A DNA stretch of 64,000 bases, from NCBI GenBank assembly GCA_951406725.2, contig OX597820.1, forward strand, positions 9,362,001-9,426,000, in the 5' to 3' direction. This document shows positions 27,187-41,277 of this stretch, in pieces (within the stretch, counting starts at the first letter, position 1; the number at the start of each line of letters is the position of its first letter). Origin of the DNA: Octopus vulgaris (lineage: Eukaryota). The position numbers and the translations under genes are program-made. The notes under the pieces are model-generated. The model ran no database searches, had not been told where the DNA came from, and was given only the letters and a program-made list of their open reading frames with translations.

Positions 27187-27286
27187 ATAATGTACAAAAT
27201 ATATATACATGTGTACATATGAAAAGAGAAGGGAGGCTTAAATTTTCAGATTAACAATCAAGTATATCTATCTATCTGTCAGTCTA

Positions 27287-27327
<41 letters not shown>

Positions 27328-27344
27328 ATCTGTCTCTCTCTCTG

Positions 27345-27418
<74 letters not shown>

Positions 27419-27506
27419 ATAACTTAGAATAACTTAGAAAGGTTTTGGCCAGTATTGGCCCAGGCCATGTCTAACTTAATAGCACCACCTGGTGAAGTCT
27501 TTCAGT

Positions 27507-29780
27507 TCAGGATTTGGGCACCAAGGCCCATTCGAGCAGAGAGTTATTGTTTGCGGAGACATATCCGGGTGTGGGTGGTTTGTCCGGTACTGTTTGAAGG
27601 AATTTGTCCAAAGACTTCTTGAATTTTGTGTGGTCAGTTTCTTTTTTGACGTGTCCTGGTGTAATGTTGAAGAGAGCGGGTCCAATTGAGGTGAAATAGT
27701 TGTGCCGTATTGTCGTTATGTGATGCGATTTAGATTTTTGTTGTGGACGGATGGCACGTGGTCCAAGCCTTGGATGCATTTTGAAGGTGATGCCAACATC
27801 ATTCGGACAGTGCTGATGGAATATTTTCCACATCATACAGATAATGTAGCGTTCACGGCGTCGTTGGAGTGAATACAATTTCAGCTTCTCTAGTCTACCC
27901 CAGTAGTCAAAGTCTGACATGCCATCTATCTTTTTTGTGATTGACCTTTGGGGAGCTTCAATTCTCATAATATTTTGTTTTGTGTAGGGAGACCACAGTG
28001 GACAGCAGTATTCAAGGTGGGGTCGGGCAAAAGTGGAGAAGAGAAGGATAATAGCGTGGGAATCTCTCGACTGGAAGGTTCTGAGAATCCAGGAACACAT
28101 TCTGCGGGCCATGTCAACTTTGCTGCTTATATGTGTAGCCCAGCTTATGTTGCTGTCCACTGTTACTTCCAGGTCTCTGATGTTGTTGGATGCCATGAGA
28201 ATTTCTCCAGAAGGAAGAGAGTATGGGAGTTTCAGAGCGTCCTCCCTTCCAAAGTGGATCAGTTCGAATTTGTCTTCATTTAGCAACATGTTATTCTTTT
28301 CCGCCCATTGGACAACAGCCAGTAGGTCTGACTGAAGGTTTATTCGGTCATCCACGCCATTGATGACCTTCTGGAGCTTGGAATCATCAGCGAAGGTTCT
28401 GATGTTACTGTGTTTGATGGTGTCAGTAATATCATTTATGTAGATGATGAAGAGAAGTGGGCCCAACACAGTGCCTTGTGGGACACCACTGCTGACTTTG
28501 GCTGGGCTGGATTTGACTCCTTCGACTACAACATGTTGGGTTCTGTTAGACAGGAAGCACTTGATCCACTGCAGCAGCTTTCCAGTGACACCAATATTGG
28601 ACAGCTTTCTCAGAAGGATCTTATGATCAACCCTGTCAAAGGCCTTGCTGAAATCAAGGTAGATGACATCAGTGTTGGAACCTTCTCCCAAGGCTCTCAA
28701 AATGTCATCAAAATGATGCAGTAGCTGCGTCAGGCAATCTCTCCCATTACGGAATCCATGCTGGTTGGGGTTCAGCATATTATGACTCTCAAGGAAGTGA
28801 GTCATACGCGATCTCAGTACCCTCTCAAATACCTTGATGATATGAGAGGTGAGTAAGATTGGACGGTAATTCACGGCAAGCGATTTGTTTCCTTTTTTGA
28901 AAACTGGGACAACAGACTGGGATAGAAGGTCTTCTGGTATATATCCAGCATCCAGTGAGTTCCGCCACAGATTGGCTAGAGGGGGTGCAAGTTGGTTTTG
29001 ACACATCTTCAAGACACAAGCAGGGAACCTATCGGGACCTACTGCTGAATTATGCTTCATTTCCTTTATTGCTGCTAAGACATCAGGAGCGCCAAATGTT
29101 ATGTCCGATAAAGTGTATTGGGGAGTAACATCACTGATACAGCCCAGATCAGTCATATCAGGATTGCTGAAAACAGAGCAATATTGTTTCTGCAATATCT
29201 CTCCCATGGTTTTGGCATTGTCTTGAAGAGTACCATTTTCATCAATCAGAGGGCCAACAGTAGAACCAGTGACTCTGTGTTTTTTTGCAAATGAAAAGAA
29301 CACTTTGGGATTGAGTTTGATCTTCTCAATGGCCCAGGCCTCTTCAGCTCTTCGCTGACTATTGATGATAGACATCATGTTGTTTTGGAGTTTATGTTTT
29401 TTAATCTCTAGTGACGAGATGGCAGTCAGGTTGGTGTGTTGCTGTTGACAGTATTTCAGCACATTGATCTTTTTGTTGATTCTTTTAATTTTCCTTATGA
29501 GAGATTTTCTATTTCTAGGGATTCGACACTTAGATCTGTTTGCAGATCTTAATGGGGTGTGTCTTGCACATATGTTCGTGATGGTGTCTACAAGTGACTG
29601 CCGGGACTTTTTGATGTTAGTGGGTGTGTATGTGTGCGTGAAGGACCAATCGACTTGTGCAAGATCATTATTGATCGCTTCCCAGTTTGCATTGTGGAAA
29701 TTCCATAGTGTCAAATGGATGAACAGGAGGGATGACATTTGTTTTGCATTTTGGCATATTATATATATTATATATATCAT
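27507..29780 (-). CDS. CR1/L2-group (APE-type) LINE ORF2, reverse transcriptase, 5'-truncated (no endonuclease domain); the real reading frame starts at about 29700
   Basis: About 730 codons without a stop: NFHNANW linker, KVFFSF, GPD, PVFKKG..NYRPI.LTS, NQHGFR, YLDFSKAFDRVDH, GVPQGTVLGP, FADD, LEYC..LWSP, LYSLQRRRER; (TA)n on both flanks; short 3' UTR to ~27415. Confidence 0.92.
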   Translation of the reverse strand: MIYIIYIICQNAKQMSSLLFIHLTLWNFHNANWEAINNDLAQVDWSFTHTYTPTNIKKSRQSLVDTITNICARHTPLRSANRSKCRIPRNRKSLIRKIKRINKKINVLKYCQQQHTNLTAISSLEIKKHKLQNNMMSIINSQRRAEEAWAIEKIKLNPKVFFSFAKKHRVTGSTVGPLIDENGTLQDNAKTMGEILQKQYCSVFSNPDMTDLGCISDVTPQYTLSDITFGAPDVLAAIKEMKHNSAVGPDRFPACVLKMCQNQLAPPLANLWRNSLDAGYIPEDLLSQSVVPVFKKGNKSLAVNYRPILLTSHIIKVFERVLRSRMTHFLESHNMLNPNQHGFRNGRDCLTQLLHHFDDILRALGEGSNTDVIYLDFSKAFDRVDHKILLRKLSNIGVTGKLLQWIKCFLSNRTQHVVVEGVKSSPAKVSSGVPQGTVLGPLLFIIYINDITDTIKHSNIRTFADDSKLQKVINGVDDRINLQSDLLAVVQWAEKNNMLLNEDKFELIHFGREDALKLPYSLPSGEILMASNNIRDLEVTVDSNISWATHISSKVDMARRMCSWILRTFQSRDSHAIILLFSTFARPHLEYCCPLWSPYTKQNIMRIEAPQRSITKKIDGMSDFDYWGRLEKLKLYSLQRRRERYIICMMWKIFHQHCPNDVGITFKMHPRLGPRAIRPQQKSKSHHITTIRHNYFTSIGPALFNITPGHVKKETDHTKFKKSLDKFLQTVPDKPPTPGYVSANNNSLLEWALVPKS

Positions 29781-29821
29781 ATATATTATATATTATATAT
29801 ATATATATTATATATATTATG

Positions 29822-30724
<903 letters not shown>

Positions 30725-31238
30725 ATCCAAAAGTATTTGAATTTTTTTTTTAATTTTAAATCAGTCCTTTTTTTTCTGCCGTTGCAGCGCGTAGCTGCAT
30801 TCACCGTTTGTCGGTATATTCCTGGCCCGTTGAACAGAGTCCTTGTCAATCCCCAGCTTCGCGAGATGCATCCTCATCTCACATGATCACGTGACATGTG
30901 GTCGAGCAACACGAGCCGTCAACCCATCCGGATCTGAACCGGCGCTTCCGAATCATGCAAGTTTGGCACTAGACCCTTAAATATCTTCCGAACGTTATAT
31001 TATTACATTTTTAAGATGTCTTCGTTCCAGGAAATGGTGCCTCATTTGTAACCTCTTAAAATTACTCATGTTACAGTGAGACAATCTTTGTTAAGAGTTT
31101 TCTAATGCCTCATGATCTTTCATTAGTTTGATATTGTATGGCAACCATAATTGAGACAATAGTCCAGACAACTAAGAAGAAATTTCGTTTTGGGATTTGG
31201 TTTGCAAGATTCTTTATGTGAGTTCGTGTGTTGAAGCA

Positions 31239-31442
31239 TATTCTGTTGTGTCTGGGGAGAGTCATTTTCTTTTTTTGCCTTATTATTTAACACACTCACC
31301 GGTAAAATTTCCACTTATTTCTTATTTTTATTGTCCTAAAATTTTCGTTGCGTCTTGCAACCTTTTCAATAAATTTTACCGGTGAGTGTGTTACATAATA
31401 AGGCACAAAAAGAAAATGACTCTCCCCAGACACAACAGAATA
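31239..31442. repeat. Inverted repeat, ~72-bp arms, 60-bp spacer
   Basis: TATTCTGTTGTGTCTGGGGAGAGTCATTTTC...CACTCACCGGTAAAATTT and its reverse complement. Confidence 0.9.
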
Positions 31443-32524
31443 AGAAGCAATTACTTTCATAGACGCAACATGGGTTCCGGTTTCAGTGTATTGAATAGTC
31501 TTATAATCCGGCCAGTCAGTCGCCTGCTCGGAACAGAATTTCAGATAAGGTGGTTCAGATAACGGTGGTTTTTGGCGTGAGTTGAGAGAGCTAGCCATTG
31601 GATATGGCAGAAAAGGAATAATGAAACTTGACTGGAGTTTCTGGATGTGTGGGTGTGAGAGAGGTTCCTGGTTGTGGCAAGTTGGTGCTACATGACTTCA
31701 CAATTTGAACGGTGCTGAGCGAGCGGTGTTGCTGTTGCAAGATCGCGCCTCTGTAGTGGGAGAAGTCCGAAACGTGGTTCTTTGCTATTCGTAAGACCCG
31801 CAGAAGAGAAAGCAGGTCAACCCCCGACACCGAGAGCATCGACGGATGGATGAATGCGCATCCAGGCTCAGCGGTTGCGTAGTAAGTTGGGGACAAGAAG
31901 CAGGAAGAAAGAGTGAGAGAAGGTTGGAGCGAAAGAGTACAACAGGGGTTGCCACCCCACCCCCACCCACCCCCTGCCGGAGCCTCGTGGAGCTTTAGGT
32001 GTTTGCGCTCAATAAACACACACAACGGCCGGTCTGGGAATCGAAACTGCGATCCTCCGACCGCGAGTCCGCTGCTCTAACCACTGGGCCAATTCGCCTC
32101 CACTTGAATGGTGCTGATGATACCGGAGTGGACTTCAGATCGAATCAGTCGACCCAGCCGGCGGGGTCCTCTCATCAATGGGGGGATTTTCGCTGCATTG
32201 TAAATTTGTCGAGAGGAAAACTCCGAAACGATGCATACTCTCTCCTAATGACACTTGAAACCGACTGGCATCCAGCAAGCGGAGTTTCCGACTGAACGCA
32301 CTTACGCAAGTAAGCTGTTTCCAAGTCTTTAATATTTTCTACGCAATCAAAACAAAGCAAAGAACCGGAAGAAAAATTCATAAAAGGCTAAAAGCGGTGT
32401 TTGGTGAAAACTTTGTCTTGACTTGATTGTGTTAAGTGTGAAGTTGAAAAACCTAAATATACTATGAGGTACGAAACCGAAAAAAAGTTTTCCAGGTTGC
32501 TGGAAGGTCCAGCAAATGCCGGAT

Positions 32525-33055
32525 GAGTGAGAGAGCAGCGCATGCCATAGAAGTGACACTGGGGTAAAATATACGAAACCCATTATACCCATCATGACTA
32601 CTGGTCTCATAAGGGTACACCAGACACATGCATCACAGCCATATGTGCATGACATGATGATCTCATATCACGATAAACAGCACATGACCTTGCAGGTGGG
32701 GTCAGTTAGAATTTTTTTTCTGGTTGAGTATCCCGTCCTGCTCAAAAGGTCCCCGAATAAGGTTTGTTAAAGGATGTTGAACAAAATACCCATGTTTCCA
32801 GAGGTGAATTATTCAAACTCTAAAGAATTCCTCTCAACACACGGCTATGATGCTCCCCAAATACTTCTGTTCGTGATTAGAGATGCACATATCGTCATTC
32901 ACTAAGGGACATACTCAACTTGTTAGGGTCAAATAACTGACAAAAAGAATCTGTGGTATTGAGCAGAATATTTGCTGCAGCCCAAATTTTATACCAAGAC
33001 AAAACAATGTACATGATAACACTTCCAATCAGTTATGATCAAAAGCCATGAGAGC
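32525..33055 (-). mobile_element. TAA-associated non-coding element, longest copy
   Basis: Matches 1-385 and 25916-26145; followed by (ATT)n. Confidence 0.65.
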
Positions 33056-33123
<68 letters not shown>

Positions 33124-33576
33124 GTATGTTTGACTTTTGCTTTATGTCTGTACAAGTTGGCTCCAAGTCTCACCCAGAGACCTCAAGAGACAACAGGTTG
33201 GAAGTTCACGTTGTTGTTATGCCTAGTGTGCCATATATTTGGGTTTCTTTTTTGGTGTTGTATTAGTGAATGTCTAATACATAAATTTTTTAAAAAAAAG
33301 TTTGTTTTAAACCTTGGGATTACATAGAGAGTATTTTGCGTAGGATATGAGCAGTTCCCATGAGCACTATCTTTTGAATTTCTGCCATTTTGGGGTTTCC
33401 TGGTATCTGAGTTAGGTAGCAATCAGTCCCTTTCGCTATCATTCCCAGGGCACCTATGACAACAGGTATTGTTTTAGTCTTCAGGTTCCACATTTTGCTG
33501 ATCTCTATTTCAAGATCTTTATATTTGCTCGGTTTTTGGTAGGTCTTGACAGATACGTTTATATCGATTGGGACAG

Positions 33577-33580
<4 letters not shown>
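33124..33580 (-). mobile_element. R4/Dong 3' fragment in (TAA)n
   Basis: SKYKDLEIEISKMW..IPVVIGALG..QKIVLMGTAHILRKILS; TAA tracts at 33056-33123 and 33580-33653. Confidence 0.88.
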
Positions 33581-33655
<75 letters not shown>

Positions 33656-33892
33656 GGCGACGAGCTGTCAGAGTCGTTAGCACGCTGGACGAAAAGCTTA
33701 GCAGTATTTCCTTTGCCGCTACGTTCTGAGTCAAATTCCGCTGAGGTCAACTTTTCCTTTCATCCTTTCGGGGTCGAATAATCAAGTACCAGTGAACCAT
33801 AAGTGTGGTGGGGGGGGGGGGTCGATGTAACTCTCTAGTCCCCTAACCGCCCCCCCCCAAAATTTCAGGCCTTTGTACCTTTAGTACAAAGG

Positions 33893-33949
<57 letters not shown>

Positions 33950-34918
33950 ATTATTAAAAAGGTATTTGCACGCCGGGCAAAATGCTTAGCGGCATTTCGT
34001 CCGTCTTTACGTTCTGAGTTCAAATTCTGCCAGGGTCGACTTTGCCTGTCAGCTCTTTTGGGTTGGATTAAAATAGGTACCAGTTGAAAGACAGTGTTCG
34101 ATAGAATCGACTTAACCCTCTTCCGCCAAAACTTCTGACCTTGCCCTAAATTTAGAAAACATTGTTTTCTCGTTACGTTTTAATATGTAGCTGTAGTAAT
34201 TTCATTCTACTATTTTACTATTCATACAAGGAAATAAAGTGTTAATGCGCCGCCTGGAGTAAAAATAGACTGCAATTTGAATTAGTTATGCCATTTAAGG
34301 CTATCTGCACCGCTATCAAACCGGACCTTGTCTAACCAATGATTAGGTTGTTACCGGCGTGTAGTGACTGCTGTGGGCGGTGTATGCTGTTAGTGCTATG
34401 AGTAGCAGTATATATAAATATGTATGAGGTGTTTGTTCTGGTGTTTCTATTGTGTGTTTGTGTGTGTGTGTGTTTAAACATATATGTATGTACGTATTTC
34501 GACACATATCCAGACACATATATATATAAATACATACACATACACACACTCACACATATGCTTATATATTTATATCTCCCTCGCCCCACCCCTCAATCTC
34601 TCTCTCACTCCCTCTCTGTAGCTCTCTCTCTCTCTCTCTGGCTCTGTCTGTCTGTCTCTATTTATCTATCTATCTATGCAAATGCGGTTGTATATGGTTA
34701 TGCATGTGTGTTTAACCCAAAAAGGCTCGCTATGTATGTGTATTCAACCCGAAACGCCTCGGAAACGCTGCACCCTCAAGAAAAAGGAATTTGATTTTTG
34801 GAATCTGTGTCCCGAAGACAACATCGTCCGCAAAAAATAATGAAAAGAAAAGAAAAAAGAAACAGAATAATTTGCTGCAAGAAATAACTCAACTTTCAGA
34901 TCGACCACTCTTCTACAT

Positions 34919-35313
34919 TACGTTAGCACGCCGGGCGAAATGCTTGGCGGTATTTCGTCTGTCGTTACGTTCTGAGTTCAAATTCCGCCGAGGTCGACTT
35001 TGCCTTTCATCCTTTCGAGGTCGATAAATTAAGTACCAGTTACGCACTGGGGTCGATGTACTCGACTTAATACCTATGTCTGTCCTTGTTTGTCCCCTCT
35101 ACGTTTAGCCCCTTGTAGGTAATAAAGAAATAGGTATTTCGTTTGTCGTTACGTTTGAGTTCAAATTCTACCGAGGCTAACTTTGCCTTTCATCCTTTCG
35201 GGGTCGATAAATAAAGTACCAGTTTCGCACTGATGGCGATATAATCGACTCAATCCCTTCGTCTGTCCTTGTTTGTCCCCTCTATGTTTAGCCCCTTCTG
35301 GGCAGTAAAGAAA
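34919..35313 (+). mobile_element. SINE family A dimer
   Basis: Junction AAAGAAATA|GGTATTTCG at ~35132. Confidence 0.88.
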
Positions 35314-35702
35314 TATATATTTTATCTCTCACGCATTGCTTTCAGTTTGCTGAAAACGTCGTCTTCTAATATTTACTTTCATTTTAAACAATGAAAGGCA
35401 AGAATTCATATCAAACTACTCTTAGCTGCTGCCAACTACCCAGAACTCACAAGAGTAAAAAAAAAGAGAGAAAGAGAGAGACAGAAAAAAAAGGAAAATG
35501 TCCCTTGCATTTGAAAACTATGGAAATATTTTTAAAAATCATTTCATTTAATTTTTCCCCAATTTAATTGTTTTTCATGCTTTACTCTAAGTTGAAAAAG
35601 TCGCAATGAGGAAACCGGTACTAAACTGCTCTTCATGATAAAATTATTTTAGTATTTTCTACGTTCTCTTATTTTCCTTACACACACACACACAAATACA
35701 TA

Positions 35703-35768
<66 letters not shown>

Positions 35769-35835
35769 TAAGAATTTTTGCGTAATGAGATAAAAAACCA
35801 AGGCTGTGTAGATATTAGAACATTTATAGATAGAT

Positions 35836-35920
<85 letters not shown>

Positions 35921-36391
35921 GTATGTGAACATACACATACACATATATATATATATACGTATATAGTGGCACCAAGTATAAAGATGATTAAATAGCAACT
36001 ATTATATTTGATTAATCACAATTTAAGTTATTTATCTTTTATCCTTTATTTGTTTCACTCACTTGACTACGGCCATGCTGGGGCAGCACCTTCAAGGTTT
36101 TCGTCGAACAAACCGATATCAGTACTAACTTTTTTTTCTTTAAGTCTGATTCTTATTCCGTCGTTCAATTTTTGTCCATCCGCTAAGTTAAGGGAACGTA
36201 AGCAAACCAACACCGGTTATCAAGCAGTGGGGTAACAAACACGCACATATGACGGGCTGCGTATATACTCAGTTTCCGTCTGCCAAATTCACTCACAAGG
36301 CATTTGTCGCCCCGGGGCTAAAGTAGAAGACACTGGCTCATGTTGTCAAGCATCAGGACTGAACCTGACTCCATGTGGTTACGAAGCGAAT

Positions 36392-37831
36392 AGCCTTGCC
36401 TGTAGAGCCTTGTCTGCGCCTTGCCCCAGAGCATTGGCACAGAGTCTCGCCTGTGCCTTATCTCAGAGCCTTGCCTGTGCCTTATCTCAGAGCCTTGCCT
36501 GTGCCTTATCTCAGAGCCTCGCCTGTGCCTTATCTCAGAGACTTGCCTGTGCCTTATCTCAGAGCCTCGCCTGTGCCTTGCCTGTAAAGTCTTGCCTGCG
36601 CCTTGCGTCAGAGCCTTGCCTGTGCCTTGCGTCAGAGCCTTGCCTGTGCCTTATCTCAGAGCCTCGCCTGTGCCTTATCTCAGAGCCTCGCCTGTGTCTT
36701 ATCTCAGAGCCTCGCCTGTGCCTTGCCTGTAAAGTCTTGCCTGCGCCTTGCGTCAGAGCCTTGCCTGTGCCTTGCGTCAGAGCCTCGCCTGTGCCTTATC
36801 TCAGAGCCTCGCCTGTGCCTTATCTCAGGGCCTCGCCTGTGCCTTATCTCAGAGCCTTATCTCAGAGCCTCGCCTGTGCCTTATCTCAGAGCCTCGCCTG
36901 TGTCTTATCTCAGAGCCTCGCCTGTGCCTTGCCTGTAAAGTCTTGCCTGCGCCTTGCGTCAGAGCCTTGCCTGTGCCTTGCGTCAGAGCCTCGCCTGTGC
37001 CTTATCTCAGGGCCTCGCCTGTGCCTTATCTCAGAGCCTCGCCTGTGCCTTATCTCAGAGCCTCGCCTGTGTCTTATCTCAGAGCCTCGCCTGTGCATTG
37101 CCTGTAAAGTCTTGCCTGCGCCTTGCGTCAGAGCCTTGCCTGTACCTTGCGTCAGAGCCTCGCCTGTGCCTTATCTCAGGGCCTCGCCTGTGCCTTATCT
37201 CAGAGCCTCGCCTGTGCCTTATCTCAGAGCCTCGCCTGTGCCTTATCTCAGAGCCTCGCCTGTGCCTTATCTCAGAGCCTCGCCTGTGCCTTGCCTGTAA
37301 AATCTTGCCTGCGCCTTGCGTCAGAGCCTTGCCTGTGCCTTGCGTCAGAGCCTCGCCTGTGCCTTATCTCAGGGCCTCGCCTGTGCCTTATCTCAGAGCC
37401 TCGCATGTGCCTTATCTCAGAGCCTCGCCTGTGTCTTATCTCAGAGCCTCGCCTGTGCCTTGCCTGTAAAGCCTTGCCTGCGCCTTGTGTCAGAGCCTTG
37501 CCTGTGCCTTGCGTCAGAGCCTCGCCTGTGCCTTATCTCAGAGCCTCGCCAGTGCCTTATCTCAGAGCCTCGCCTGTGCCTTGCGCCAGAGCCTTGCGCC
37601 AGAGCCTTGCGCCAGAGCCTTGCGCCAGAGCCTTGCGCCAGAGCCTTGCCTGCGCCTTGCGCCTTGCGTCAAAGCCTTGCCTGTGCCTTATCTCAGAGCC
37701 TCGCCTGTGCCTTGCCTGTAAAACCTTGCCTGCGCCTTGCATCAGAGCCTTGCCTGCGCCTTGCGTCAGAGCCTCGCCTGCGCCTTATCTCAGAGCCTTG
37801 CCTGTGCCTTGCGTCAGAGCCTTGCCTGCGC
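36392..37831. repeat. GC-rich 24-bp minisatellite (AGAGCCTCGCCTGTGCCTTATCTC) with higher-order periodicity
   Basis: Marker GCCTGTAAA at 36580, 36725, 36931, 37100, 37293, 37462, 37714. Confidence 0.95.
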
Positions 37832-38195
37832 TGAACAAAAAGAATTTTTCTCTTTACTCTTTGAGAAAATATGTTTAAACAGGGAATAGTCCAAAACAAT
37901 TATTGGTTTCAAATTTTGGAACACGGCCAACGATTTCAGGAGAGGGGCTATGTCGATTACATCCACTCCTGTACTCAATTGGTACTTATTTATTCGACCC
38001 CAAAAAGGATGAAAGTCAAAGTCGATCTCGGCGGAATTTGAGCTCAGAACGTAAAGCCGGACGAACTACCACTAAAAATTTTTCCCGTCGTGCCAAAGCA
38101 ATTATTAACAGCAGGAATAACTCCGCAAATATAAACGCCTCTTAAACTAAGTTCATTTAAAGCACACATCTTTCAATAAACTGTAATGTGTGATA

Positions 38196-38983
38196 TCTTT
38201 ATATATAAAAGAGAGGTTGTGTGCTGTCTGTCTCCTACGATTTAGATTCCTAACTACTCCCACATTTTGCGGTGCAGTTTAACCAAAACCGGGTATCTTA
38301 TAGTCGTGATTCATATCGAGCCCTTCTTGGTATTAGCGCGCGTCTACGATGAGTCTACGATTTAAAAAAAATTACCATCATTTTTTCCATTTTTAATGCA
38401 TTTTTTCGCTATTACAAAAGGGAAGTAACTCTCTAAAAATGTCTACGATGAGTCAAAGATTTAAAAAAAAAATTACCATAATTTTTTTTCCATTTTTAAT
38501 GCATTTTTTGCTATTTTTTGGCTATAACTCTCTAAAAATGCTTATATAGTTATTTCCCTTACAAACCCGAGCAACGCCGGGCGATACTGCTAGTCTTTAT
38601 ATATAAAAGTAAGGTTGTGTGCTGTCTGTCTCCTACGATTTAGATTCCTTACTCCCACCTTTTTGCGGTGCAGTTTAACCAAAACCGGGTATCTTATAGT
38701 CGTGATTCATATCGAGCCCTTCTGGGTATTAGCGCGCGTCTACGATGAGTCTACGATTTAAAAAAATTTACCATCAAATTTTCCCATTTTTAATGCATTT
38801 TTGGCATATATAAGGAAGTAACTCTCTAAAAATGTATTATTAAATCTCAGAACGTAAAAAGCTACAGTAACCCCCCCCTTTGTGGTTAGCCATATTGAGA
38901 TGGCTATTATACTTTACATCTCTAAAAATGCTTATATAGTTATTTCCCTTACAAACCCGAGCAACGCCGGGCGATACTGCTAG
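38196..38983 (+). mobile_element. Non-autonomous Helitron, head-to-tail dimer (38196-38593, 38594-38983)
   Basis: A|TC 5' end, 3' hairpin CCCGAGCAACGCCGGG, CTAG|T end; direct CTAG|TC junction. Confidence 0.85.
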
Positions 38984-39052
38984 TAGAAATATGAAACAAA
39001 GGGACAACACTAATGCTTCTTCTGTCACCTGTAATTTCTCAGAATAGAATCA

Positions 39053-39437
39053 TCTTCTCTCTATATATAAACGGCAGTTTGTCTGTGCGTGTTTCTGTGT
39101 GTCTGTTTGCTTGTACCCTCACCCTGACCACGGCTTTCAACCGATTCTGATGAAACTTGACACACACATAGCCCAATGTCATAATTCAAAACTAACGCAG
39201 CGAAAATTTTGAAAAGTTCCCCCAGTTCTGAAAAAAATCGATAAATTCGACATGGGGTCGAGAATCAGAAACACAAACCGCAAACTGTCTAGGGGACGCA
39301 ACTCCACCTTTTTTAACTAAAAAAAAATTTACCATCATTTTTTTCCATTTTTTTGCTATTTTTTGGCTATAACTCTCTAAAAATGCTTTATAGTTATTTC
39401 CCTTACAAACCTGAGCAACGCCGGGCGATACTGCTAG
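39053..39437 (+). mobile_element. Non-autonomous Helitron with a different 5' half and a shared 3' end
   Basis: TC start; last ~100 bp match the 38196 family; CTAG|T end. Confidence 0.8.
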
Positions 39438-39616
39438 TGAGTTTATAAGTTTCATTACCCGAATTAACAGTAATCATTTTTTTTCTCTTTCTATCCTTAT
39501 ATAATTGTGCAATTATTTTACTTCCTGTGTTTATTTTTTTAAATATATATATAACCCACGCAAAGTTTTTCTCTGAATTTAAGTCCTGGGATTGTCCTCT
39601 GCAACTCTCGAAATTT

Positions 39617-40010
39617 CATCCATCCATCTTCTCCGCATACTATCCATGGAGAGTTCTTAGGCATCTCTGCTACAGGGTCTTTTCAGAGGCAACTGTCATT
39701 GCACTTTCCAGCTGAATTCCGAAGCGCGACTCTGGATATTGTCCAATCATTTCGTTCTTGTTCCACCCCGAGGTCTCCTGTCAATTGGTTCGGCTTGAAG
39801 AATCTGTCCTGCGATTCTTGCCTGTAACATTCTAATCACAAGTCCGTAATACAGGAGCTGTGACCGCTCAAGACAGAGCAGTGGGTTGACCGAGAGAGAC
39901 TCCGAGCTACACATCTTTTTAAGTAACGTTATTCCAGAAATCCTTCGAAGGAGCCCCGTTTCTACGGCTTGTATTCGCAATCGTATTCTTTCGGCCACCA
40001 CTCAACATTC
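39617..40010 (-). mobile_element. RTE-clade LINE 3' fragment
   Basis: RIQAVETGLLRRISG..ERSQLLYYGLVIRM..RRPRGGTR; (GGAT)n tail. Confidence 0.75.
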
Positions 40011-40169
40011 ATGAGTAATGACCGAAAGAGTACCATAGGTGAGGATAGACACAAAAACACTTTGTTCTGGCAGTCGGATCTTCGTAGTTTCGATGCATTC
40101 TTTGATTATTCCTGCCGAATTCTTCCAATCGTTGTCATGTTGAAAAATCTACCTCCGCCTCACTTCACC

Positions 40170-40724
40170 CTACCCCCACAAAAGACGAGGGACCCACCTT
40201 GCAGAAACCTTTGAGAACCCAAATTCTTTTGTCACAATGTTGTCTGTTCTTTCAGTTGAGATGCCCAGTCTCTCGGATATCTGACGACATGATATTCGAC
40301 GATCTTGCATTATCATACCAAGAGGAAAGTCAATGTTGTCCTCGGTGGTTGCAGTTGGAGGTCTCTCTGGTCTGGGATCATCTCCCACACTCTTCCTGCC
40401 ACGCTGGAATTCATTTACCCATCGTTTGACTGTTGCATATGAAGGAGCATTGTCTGTTTAGCTTCTCACCATATTTTCATGGATGTCTAATGGAGTCATG
40501 CCTTTCAAATGAAGATACTTTATGACAGCAAGATACTCAGTTTTCTCCGTTTTCCTTGTAATCTTGACATTTATTCAAAAATCTGCAACCAAAAAAATTA
40601 AAATATCAGAATCATGAAAATAAGCAAGAATACTCCGAAAAGACTGTACTTACCAGAAAAATTGTTTCAGCTACCTAGCAGCCCCGTTTCTAGGTTAGGC
40701 TCAAAACTTTTCATACGACCCTCG
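40170..40724 (-). mobile_element. Mariner transposon 5' half (TIR + HTH region), decayed
   Basis: TA|CGAGGGTCGTATGAAAAGT terminus next to (TA)n; AVIKYLHLKG, PSYATVKRW, DDPRPERP, KVSARWVPRLL. Confidence 0.88.
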
Positions 40725-40725
40725 T

Positions 40726-40846
<121 letters not shown>

Positions 40847-41242
40847 CAGGAGTGGCTGTGTGGTAAGTAGCTTGCTAACCAACCACATGGTTCCGGGTTC
40901 AGTCCCATTGCGTGGCACCTTCGGCAAGTGTCTTCTGCTATAGCCCCGGGCCGACCAATGCCTTGTGAGTGGATTTGGTAGACGGAAACTGAAAGAAGCC
41001 TGTTGTATATATGTATATATATATGCGTGTGTGTGTGTTTGTGTGTCTGTGTTTGTCCCCCTAGCATTGCTTGACAACCGATGCTGGTGTGTTTACGTCC
41101 CCGTCACTTAGCGGTTCAGCAAAAGAGACCGATAGAATAAGTACTGGGCTTACAAAGAATAAGTCCCGGGGTCGATTTGCTCGACTAAAGGTGGTGCTCC
41201 AGCATGGCCGCAGTCAAATGACTGAAACAAGTAAAAGAGAAA

Positions 41243-41243
<1 letters not shown>
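40847..41243 (+). mobile_element. SINE family B
   Basis: Family motifs. Confidence 0.9.

Positions 41244-41277
<34 letters not shown>

Noticed and set aside
36392-37831. CRISPR-like array or repetitive protein gene
   Set aside because: No unique spacers, eukaryotic context, no cas genes; the ORFs are frame-rotating repeat translations
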